Assembly (NCBI GenBank): GCA_049599475.1
Contig: JBMYOQ010000091.1
Span: 1 to 15,436 of the forward strand
DNA from: Opitutales bacterium
GTDB taxonomy: Bacteria; Verrucomicrobiota; Verrucomicrobiia; Opitutales; JABSRG01
Direction of reading: 5' to 3'
Length of the DNA stretch: 15,436 nucleotides
Part shown: positions 1 to 6,691 of the stretch, one piece after another
Numbering within the stretch: position 1 is the first letter of the stretch
How the letters are laid out: each line of letters starts with the position of its first letter
Translations under genes and position numbers: made by a program
Notes under the pieces: generated by a model
What the model was told of the DNA's origin: nothing
Databases searched by the model: none
The model's input: only the letters and a program-made list of their open reading frames with translations

Positions 1-66
1 CTGCTACCTCTTGATGAACGCGAACGACCGATAAGCTCATCTACAGAGAGAAAGGACCCTGCCTGA
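1..66 (+). CDS. 3' end of an upstream small gene, possibly CcoS-type cbb3 assembly protein (partial)
   Basis: Frame 1 is open from the window edge: LLPLDERERPISSSTERKDPA*, with TGA at 64-66. The 'LPLDE' tail resembles CcoS/CcoQ C-termini, and it lies directly upstream of ccoN. Only 21 codons are visible. Confidence 0.4.
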   Translation: MLPLDERERPISSSTERKDPA

Positions 67-103
67 AGGAGAGGGACACGGCGTTGCAAACAAAACGCAA
101 CCC

Positions 104-2464
104 ATGTCTGAAAATAATATAACGATTGAATATAACGATAAGGTTGTCCGCTGGTTTATGCTGGTGTCCATCGTCTGGGGGGTCGTCGGACTTCTCGCAG
201 GCGTTATCATCGCTGGCCAACTGAATTTCTGGCAACTCAACTTCGGAATGGAGTGGCTGACTTTTGGTCGCCTCCGCCCGCTGCATACGAATGCAGCCAT
301 CTTCGCCTTTGTCGGCAATATGATGTTTGCCGGCATCTACTATTCGACTCAGCGCCTGTGTAAGGTGCGGCTCGCCTCGGACCTGCTATCGTGGATCCAC
401 TTCTGGGGCTGGCAGTTGATCATTGTAGCCGCCGCGATCACGATTCCGCTCGGTTACTCGCGTGGTCAAGAATACGCGGAACTGATCTGGCCGATCAATA
501 TCGCCGTAGCCCTGATCTGGGTGATCTTCGCGATCAACTTTTTCTGGACGATCGGGAAGCGCAATGAGCCAACGCTATATGTAGCCGTCTGGTTCTACAT
601 TGCTACAATCGTGACAGTGGCCATGCTCTACGTGGTAAACCACCTGTCCTTGCCGACCGGTCCGCTGCACAGCTATTCGCTCTTCGCAGGATTCAAAGGA
701 GCGCTGGTGCAATGGTGGTATGGGCACAACGCCGTAGCCTTCTTCCTGACCACGCCGATCCTGGGGATTATGTATTACTTCCTGCCCAAAGCGGCAGAGC
801 GTCCGGTCTATTCCTATCGTCTTTCAATCATTCACTTTTGGTCGCTCATTTTCATCTATATCTGGGCCGGACCTCACCACTTGCTCAACACCGCCCTTCC
901 TTCATGGCTGCAAGCTCTGGGCATGATCTTCAGCTTGATGCTGTGGGCACCGTCTTGGGGAGGTATGCTGAATGGACTCCTTACCCTTAAAGGAGCCTGG
1001 ATGAAACTCCGCGAAGATCCCGTTCTCAAATTCTTCGCTGCCGGAGTCACATTCTACGGGATGGCGACGTTCGAAGGCCCTTTGCTTTCGATAAAGGCGG
1101 TCAATTCTCTTAGCCACTACTCAGACTGGACTATCGGCCACGTGCACTCAGGGACTCTGGGGTGGAACGGCTTCATGGCCGCGGGTATGTTCTACTGGTT
1201 GGCACCACGCCTGTGGAATACCAAGCTCTATTCCAAGAGCATGGCTAACATGCACTTCTGGACCGGCATGGTCGGCATCCTTCTCTATGTCGCCGCGATG
1301 TGGGTCACCGGAATTACCCAAGGTCTGATGCTCAACGCGATGGACGAAACGGGCACGACCCTACAATACCCGAAATTCGTGGAAACCCTCGCTGCCATCA
1401 AACCAATGATGCTGATGCGCCTCATCGGTGGAGGGCTCTACCTCTTCGGCTGGTTGGCCCTTTGCTACAATATCTTCATGACCGTTAAATCGGGCACACC
1501 GGTCAACGGAAGCATCGAGGTACCTGCCAAATACAAGAACGAAGAAGCCGTTGGAAATTTCGGAGCCTTCATTAACTGGCCGGTCACTTATTCTTCAGGA
1601 CTCGTGATCTTCAGCTGCCTGTGGATCTTTGGTCAAGGCCTCTGGATGATCATCGGTCTGATGGCTACAGCGACGGTATGCCTGGTTGCGGTTGTCCACT
1701 TCAAAGGAAGCGGCGCAACCTGGGGATCCTGGTATGAGAAATTCTGCGCGAACTCTTTAGCATTCACCATCCTCACCTTCATTTCGGTGGCCATTGGTGG
1801 TGCTCTACAAATCATCCCAAGTCTCACAATCAATGAGGCGAAGAACCACGAAGGTGTTACCCAGTCTCTCTACTCACCGCTAGAGTTGGCCGGGCGTGAT
1901 ATCTACGTCTCAGAAGGCTGCTACAATTGCCACTCACAGATGGTTCGGACCCTCGTGCCCGATGTGATCCGCTACGGCAATCGATACTCTAAATTGGGCG
2001 ACTCCATTTATGACCACCCCTTCCAGTGGGGATCCAAACGCTCCGGTCCCGACCTTGCGCACATTGGTGCACTACAATCGGAGCTCTGGCACTACCGCCA
2101 CCTGATGAACCCCCGGGCCTATGAAGAGGCGTCCAACATGCCGGCCTACCCATGGCTCGCGGAAAAGAAGGTCGAGGAAGCCGTGGTACTGAAAAAGAAA
2201 ATCGATGCCCTGCGCATCCTCGGCGTCCCCTACCCTGAAATGAGTGAAACGGTGATCAATGGTCTCGCCTCCAAGCAGGCCATGGCCATCCACAACTCCA
2301 TCAAAGGACAAGGGGAATATGTCGAACCCGACACCCAGATGGTCGCCCTGATCGCCTACTTGAGAAAACTCGGACGCGTCGACGAGTCGACTATTCCATG
2401 GAGCCCGGATCTCGAGGCCCTGCAACAAATGGAATCTGCGGAGCCCGTAGCCCAAGCCAAATAA
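104..2464 (+). CDS. ccoNO: cbb3-type cytochrome c oxidase fused subunit I/II (CcoN-CcoO)
   Basis: CcoN motifs RLRPLHTNA, QWWYGHNAVAFFLT, YIWAGPHHL and WTIGHVH. The C-terminal CcoO part has GRDIYVSEGCYNCHSQMVR (CxxCH), PFQWGSKRSGPDLA and SNMPAYPWL. 786 aa in one frame. Confidence 0.97.
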   Translation: MSENNITIEYNDKVVRWFMLVSIVWGVVGLLAGVIIAGQLNFWQLNFGMEWLTFGRLRPLHTNAAIFAFVGNMMFAGIYYSTQRLCKVRLASDLLSWIHFWGWQLIIVAAAITIPLGYSRGQEYAELIWPINIAVALIWVIFAINFFWTIGKRNEPTLYVAVWFYIATIVTVAMLYVVNHLSLPTGPLHSYSLFAGFKGALVQWWYGHNAVAFFLTTPILGIMYYFLPKAAERPVYSYRLSIIHFWSLIFIYIWAGPHHLLNTALPSWLQALGMIFSLMLWAPSWGGMLNGLLTLKGAWMKLREDPVLKFFAAGVTFYGMATFEGPLLSIKAVNSLSHYSDWTIGHVHSGTLGWNGFMAAGMFYWLAPRLWNTKLYSKSMANMHFWTGMVGILLYVAAMWVTGITQGLMLNAMDETGTTLQYPKFVETLAAIKPMMLMRLIGGGLYLFGWLALCYNIFMTVKSGTPVNGSIEVPAKYKNEEAVGNFGAFINWPVTYSSGLVIFSCLWIFGQGLWMIIGLMATATVCLVAVVHFKGSGATWGSWYEKFCANSLAFTILTFISVAIGGALQIIPSLTINEAKNHEGVTQSLYSPLELAGRDIYVSEGCYNCHSQMVRTLVPDVIRYGNRYSKLGDSIYDHPFQWGSKRSGPDLAHIGALQSELWHYRHLMNPRAYEEASNMPAYPWLAEKKVEEAVVLKKKIDALRILGVPYPEMSETVINGLASKQAMAIHNSIKGQGEYVEPDTQMVALIAYLRKLGRVDESTIPWSPDLEALQQMESAEPVAQAK

Positions 2465-2483
2465 CCGGAAGGAAACACGAAAC

Positions 2484-2669
2484 ATGTTTAAACGCATTAT
2501 CTTAGAAGAATGGCACTCAATCCTGCCGATCGCGGGTTTCGTAGTGACCGCGGGCACCTTTCTCGTGCTCGCCATCCGCGCACTGCTCATGCAGCGCTCC
2601 GAGCTCAACGCCTTGGCTGAGATCCCACTCAAAGCCGAAACTATGGTGAAAGAGGAGGACGCCCGATGA
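2484..2669 (+). CDS. ccoQ: small single-TM cbb3 oxidase subunit, CcoQ-like
   Basis: 61 aa with one hydrophobic helix and an 'LAEIPL' tail. GGAAGGA RBS-like sequence upstream, position between ccoO and ccoP, ATGA overlap with ccoP. Confidence 0.75.
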   Translation: MFKRIILEEWHSILPIAGFVVTAGTFLVLAIRALLMQRSELNALAEIPLKAETMVKEEDAR

Positions 2670-3217
2670 GCACTGGCAATCGCCCAAATCGCCCCCTCCG
2701 CAAGGGAGAGGTAGTCCTGCGCGAACACGCTTGGGACGGCATTCAAGAGTATGACCAACGCCTACCAAACTGGTGGCTATACACACTCTATGGTGCCATC
2801 GCCTTCGCGTTTTTCTACTGGTTGATCCTGTTTCAATTCGAAGATGGAGACCGCGATGTCCGCCAGCTCAACGACGCCATCGCAACCATCGAGGCTAAGA
2901 ACCTGGCAGCCATTGAAACGCTAGACGATGCGTCTATCTGGCAGATGAGCCGCAACGATAGCTTCGTAGCGTCCGGCGCTGAGATCTACTCGGCCAATTG
3001 CGTAGCCTGCCACGGTGCAAATCTCGAAGGCGGCATTGGACTGCCACTGGCAGATGCGGAGTGGAAGCATGGAGGCACCCCTCTTCAGGTCTACAACGTG
3101 GTCTTCAACGGATCACCCGACCAAACGGCAGGTATGGCTCCATGGGGTCCCGCGCTCGGCCCCGCCAAGGTCGCCCAAGTCACGGCTTTTGTCATGAGCC
3201 ATCACACTCAACCCTAA
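2666..3217 (+). CDS. ccoP: cbb3-type cytochrome c oxidase subunit III, monoheme CcoP
   Basis: N-terminal HAWDGIQEYDQRLPNWW motif followed by a TM helix. Single CVACH heme site and GMAPW axial Met. Confidence 0.92.
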   Translation: MSTGNRPNRPLRKGEVVLREHAWDGIQEYDQRLPNWWLYTLYGAIAFAFFYWLILFQFEDGDRDVRQLNDAIATIEAKNLAAIETLDDASIWQMSRNDSFVASGAEIYSANCVACHGANLEGGIGLPLADAEWKHGGTPLQVYNVVFNGSPDQTAGMAPWGPALGPAKVAQVTAFVMSHHTQP

Positions 3218-3299
3218 ATCTCAAACGGGCTCGCTCCACCAAATGCCCTTCATCCTCGGATGAGTTACGCAGTGGCCCGGCGTTTCCACAACCGGACCT

Positions 3300-3331
3300 G
3301 GCGCGCCAGATTCACCAGAATCTGGTGCGCC
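3300..3331 (+). terminator. strong intergenic hairpin after ccoP (partial terminator or mRNA stabiliser)
   Basis: GGCGCGCCAGATTC-ACCA-GAATCTGGTGCGCC forms a 14-bp stem with one G-U pair. Only a weak U tail follows (TAAACTTTCC). Confidence 0.5.
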
Positions 3332-3356
3332 TAAACTTTCCATCATTTCTATACGT

Positions 3357-3557
3357 ATGAACGAGACTCACCATAGCCACACACACCAAAGCCGATGCAA
3401 AGATGAAAACGCGGAAAGCACGTGTCGCGCGTGTCCGCAATGCCGTGAACGCCATGCCAAGCGTAAGGCCCTTTTAGAAAACTCATCCCCTCAAGAAACG
3501 ATGCAATCTGAGGCTGTCACACCAATGAAGTCGGTAGACAGCCGCCGCTACCCATAG
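3357..3557 (+). CDS. His/Cys-rich hypothetical microprotein
   Basis: 66 aa with HHSHTH and C-x8-C-x2-C-x2-C. Its stop lies 4 nt before the ccoG ATG, on the same strand as the operon. Confidence 0.6.
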   Translation: MNETHHSHTHQSRCKDENAESTCRACPQCRERHAKRKALLENSSPQETMQSEAVTPMKSVDSRRYP

Positions 3558-3561
3558 AACG

Positions 3562-4980
3562 ATGGCAGCCACCCGACAAAATAGACGCCCCACGATCGAC
3601 AGCGTCACGACCATCAATGAAGATGGTAGCCGTTTCTTCCTTCACCCCGAAGACGCCAAGGGGCCGATTACGCTCATCAGGCGCCTCATCGGCTGGATGC
3701 TGATCGCGATTTATGCATCACTTCCATGGATACAGATCAACGGCTACCCGGCAGTATTCCTGGATACACTACACAGGCGTTTCCATCTCTTCGGGCACAT
3801 TTTCTCGGTGCAAGATGTATGGCTTCTATTTTTCTGCATTACGGGACTGGGCTTCACTCTATTTCTATTAACGGCCTTAGTGGGCCGCGTCTGGTGCGCC
3901 TTTGCCTGCCCGCAAACGGTGTTCCTCGAACATGTATTTCGCAGAATAGAGCGCCTGATTGAAGGGCCACCCAAAGAGCGCAAACGCCTTGACCGCCTAC
4001 CGTGGAGTGACAATGAGAAGCTGCTAAAACGGGGTATAAAGATCGGCATTTTCTTCGTCATCTCCGCCCTGATTGCCCACATGTTTTTGGCATATTTCAT
4101 CTCGCTGCCGACGCTATACTCGTGGATGCATGAGAGCCCTCTGGAGCACTGGAGTTCATTCCTCTTCGTGGGCATTTTCACCGGCATTCTCTTTTTCAAT
4201 TTCACATGGTTTCGTGAGCAGCTCTGCATTGTCATCTGCCCCTATGGCCGCTTCCAATCAGTACTCATCGATGATGATACGCGCGTAATCGGCTACGATT
4301 CCAAACGTGGTGAGCCGCGCGGGAAAGGTCCCGGATTCGGCGACTGCATCAACTGCAATAAGTGTGTCCAAGTCTGCCCGACAGGGATCGACATTCGCCA
4401 AGGCCTTCAAATCGAATGTATCGCCTGCGGCTCCTGTGCGGATGCATGTGATTCTGTGATGGATTCCATCGCGAAACCGAAGGGCCTCGTTCGCTACGAT
4501 TCACTCAATGCACTTAAGGGTGGAAAACGGCGATGGTTCCGTCCACGCCTGGCACTCTATGGCGTCTTTTTCCTAGTTGGCGCGTGTGTAGCCACCTATT
4601 CCTTTTCACTTCTAAAACCTGCCAACTTCGGTGTTACACGAATGCGTGGAAATCCGTATTTTGTGACAGATTCGCATGTCCGCAACCAGTTCCAGGTGCG
4701 CATCGTGAACAAACAACACCTCGACGCTCACTACACCGTAGAAGTGGTTTCGGCAAACGGTGAAGCCCTGGATGTCCAAGGTGCCCAGGAAGGATTCGAC
4801 GTGGAGTCTATGGGAGAAATCGCCCGGCCCCTCATTGTCATGCTAGACCGCGAGGGCTATACAGGTGGATTTGATGCCGAAGTCATCCTCCATGGGGAAT
4901 CCGCAAATGGATCGCCCTTTACCATTGAACATCCCATAAAGATTTTGGGACCCGCCCCACAACTCATAGACCAACTCTGA
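3562..4980 (+). CDS. ccoG: cytochrome c oxidase accessory protein CcoG/FixG (4Fe-4S, cupric reductase family)
   Basis: GRVWCAFACPQTVF, REQLCIVICPYGRFQS, CINCNKCVQVCPTGIDIR and ECIACGSCADAC motifs, multiple TM helices, FixG-like C-terminal domain. Confidence 0.95.
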   Translation: MAATRQNRRPTIDSVTTINEDGSRFFLHPEDAKGPITLIRRLIGWMLIAIYASLPWIQINGYPAVFLDTLHRRFHLFGHIFSVQDVWLLFFCITGLGFTLFLLTALVGRVWCAFACPQTVFLEHVFRRIERLIEGPPKERKRLDRLPWSDNEKLLKRGIKIGIFFVISALIAHMFLAYFISLPTLYSWMHESPLEHWSSFLFVGIFTGILFFNFTWFREQLCIVICPYGRFQSVLIDDDTRVIGYDSKRGEPRGKGPGFGDCINCNKCVQVCPTGIDIRQGLQIECIACGSCADACDSVMDSIAKPKGLVRYDSLNALKGGKRRWFRPRLALYGVFFLVGACVATYSFSLLKPANFGVTRMRGNPYFVTDSHVRNQFQVRIVNKQHLDAHYTVEVVSANGEALDVQGAQEGFDVESMGEIARPLIVMLDREGYTGGFDAEVILHGESANGSPFTIEHPIKILGPAPQLIDQL

Positions 4981-4982
4981 TT

Positions 4983-5138
4983 ATGGATACCCGCGAGAAA
5001 GACAACAAACGCATGGGACGCCGCGTAGCCTTCTGGGTCACCATGGCCTTCGTTTTAGTGATCTCCGCCTGGACCATCCTCATCACTATCGCAGTAAAAA
5101 ATCAGCCCGAGAAGATCTCTATCGAACAAGCGGGCTAA
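4983..5138 (+). CDS. 51-aa single-TM membrane protein at the ccoH/fixH position (not in the ORF track)
   Basis: MDTREKDNKRMGRRVAFWVTMAFVLVISAWTILITIAVKNQPEKISIEQAG*. The ATG is 2 nt after the ccoG stop. Basic N-terminus followed by one TM helix. Confidence 0.75.
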   Translation: MDTREKDNKRMGRRVAFWVTMAFVLVISAWTILITIAVKNQPEKISIEQAG

Positions 5139-5227
5139 GCACCACGCGGAGTCTTCTAGAGATTCCGAGGTCTCCTGCTTGCGGATTCACCAATAGGCAT
5201 GCTATCTATTTAGCTTCGGAGTAATCG

Positions 5228-5923
5228 ATGACCGCAGATGTAGACAGTTTATCCAACGGTTTCGCCGCCGTCGTAGCTGGTTTGATAGCCAGCCCGCATT
5301 GTCTGCTAATGTGTGGTCCCCTATCCTGCAGCATGCTGGGAGGCCCAAAAGTCTCCGAAGAACAAGCATTCGTGGGGCGTGCGCTCTACCATACAGCACG
5401 GGTCATATCCTACGGTATCATTGGCGCAATATCCGGTCTACTCGGATATACATTAGCCCGATCTCTCGCGTGGGATATCGCGCAAGTGTTCCCATGGTTT
5501 GTGGTCGGTTTCTTGGCTTTTTTTGCGGCAGGAATCCATCGAAAATTGCCCAAACCCGTCTGGCTTACACGATTCGCAATGCAGGCGACCCAAAAAACAA
5601 AAGACAAGAACGCTTGGGTGCGTGGAACGGCACTGGGCATTGTCACACCGCTGCTTCCCTGCGGGCCCTTATATGCAGTTTTTTGGTTGGCAATGCTATC
5701 CGGCTCGCCCGTTTATGGGCTGGAAATCGGTGTCGGCTTTGGCATCGGCACTATTGCACTCCTCTGGGTCGGCCAATCACAATTCCAAAAACTCCGAACC
5801 AAGCTCGGCCAAAATTGGGTAAGTCACCTACAGCGTGGCGTGGCAGCCTTTGCGGCCCTCGTCATCGCTATGCGAGCAAGCGATCTGTCGCCACAGCGCA
5901 TCGCCGAGATGTGTGGATTCTGA
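5228..5923 (+). CDS. DsbD_2 / TauE-SafE-like multi-TM protein of cbb3 assembly loci
   Basis: SPHCLLMCGP, YHTARVISY, LLPCGPLY and FGIGT motifs, about 6 TM helices, GGAG RBS upstream. Confidence 0.88.
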   Translation: MTADVDSLSNGFAAVVAGLIASPHCLLMCGPLSCSMLGGPKVSEEQAFVGRALYHTARVISYGIIGAISGLLGYTLARSLAWDIAQVFPWFVVGFLAFFAAGIHRKLPKPVWLTRFAMQATQKTKDKNAWVRGTALGIVTPLLPCGPLYAVFWLAMLSGSPVYGLEIGVGFGIGTIALLWVGQSQFQKLRTKLGQNWVSHLQRGVAAFAALVIAMRASDLSPQRIAEMCGF

Positions 5924-5980
5924 TCCTGAGGCTTATTTTTCGAAAGAATATCGATTCACGAAAATATAGTCATAAAAACT

Positions 5981-6009
5981 GGAACTTTTGCTGCTTCTGG
6001 TTTTTCTTA
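5981..6009 (+). promoter_or_regulatory. putative ECF (sigmaE/AlgU-like) promoter
   Basis: GGAACTT (5981-5987), 17-nt spacer, TCTTA (6005-6009), 34 nt before the ATG at 6044. This matches the GAACTT-N16/17-TCTNA consensus. Confidence 0.4.
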
Positions 6010-6043
6010 AGATAGTTAAACCTCAACCGAAGATTAGGCTCTA

Positions 6044-6622
6044 ATGAGAACCTCGAAAAAATTGATTTTTACCGGAGCGCTTATGAGCCTCCTAGCAGCG
6101 ACCCCTTTTATCGTGAATGCCGGTAGTGGTGCAGATTGTTCGGACAAATCTGCTTCCATGGCCTGCGGTGCTGGCTACGAAGCAAAAGCCGACCTCGCGA
6201 AGATGAAAGCTGAAGTCGAAGCAGCAAAGATGAAGGCAAAATATGCAAAGGCAGAGAAATCTAGCTGCGGCGAAGGCGGTTTTTGTGGATCCGCGAGTGC
6301 CGCGAAACTCGCAGAGGCGAAGCCTGCGAAGAAAGAGCCCAGCGCGGTAGCGATGCTGGCGGCGCTCAAGGCTGAGCCCGCAGCGAAGGGTCACCCGACC
6401 AAAGCTCAACTCGCAATGGGAGATGCTTCAGCATGTCCAGCTATGCAAGACGCTGAGGCCGCAAAGATGGCATCCTGCGATTCAAAACCGGCAGTAGCCA
6501 CGCCCGCAGTGGCGAAGTTGGCAAAAGCAGAAAATGCATGCTGTGAGCCAAAAGCGTGTTGCGAAAGCGCTAGCAGTGCCGAAGTCGCACAGACCGAGGT
6601 GAAAGCAGAACCACGCGGCTAG
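6044..6622 (+). CDS. secreted low-complexity Ala/Lys/Cys/Met-rich protein, putative metal binder
   Basis: Sec-type signal peptide (MRTSKKLIFTGALMSLLAATPFIVNA) and 10 Cys including SCGEGGFCG and CCEPKACC. Followed by a terminator. Confidence 0.8.
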   Translation: MRTSKKLIFTGALMSLLAATPFIVNAGSGADCSDKSASMACGAGYEAKADLAKMKAEVEAAKMKAKYAKAEKSSCGEGGFCGSASAAKLAEAKPAKKEPSAVAMLAALKAEPAAKGHPTKAQLAMGDASACPAMQDAEAAKMASCDSKPAVATPAVAKLAKAENACCEPKACCESASSAEVAQTEVKAEPRG

Positions 6623-6644
6623 TCACTAGACCCTATTTTAGGCG

Positions 6645-6677
6645 AGCGATCATCCCATGCGGATGGTCGCTTTTTTT
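6645..6677 (+). terminator. rho-independent terminator
   Basis: AGCGATCATCC-CATGC-GGATGGTCGCT stem followed by a T run (6671-6677), located between convergent genes. Confidence 0.85.
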
Positions 6678-6691
6678 GTGCCCGAAATCAA

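Noticed and set aside
11..24. FNR-like box TTGAT-N4-GCGAA upstream of ccoN
   Set aside because: The second half-site matches ATCAA at only 2 of 5 positions, and it lies inside the probable upstream CDS.
2072..2758. 228-aa minus-strand ORF and similar antisense or alternate-frame ORFs in the cco genes
   Set aside because: Shadow ORFs overlapping well-supported genes, with no recognisable motifs.
5299..6015. 238-aa alternate-frame ORF
   Set aside because: It overlaps the DsbD_2-like gene, has an Arg-rich off-frame composition and shows no motifs.
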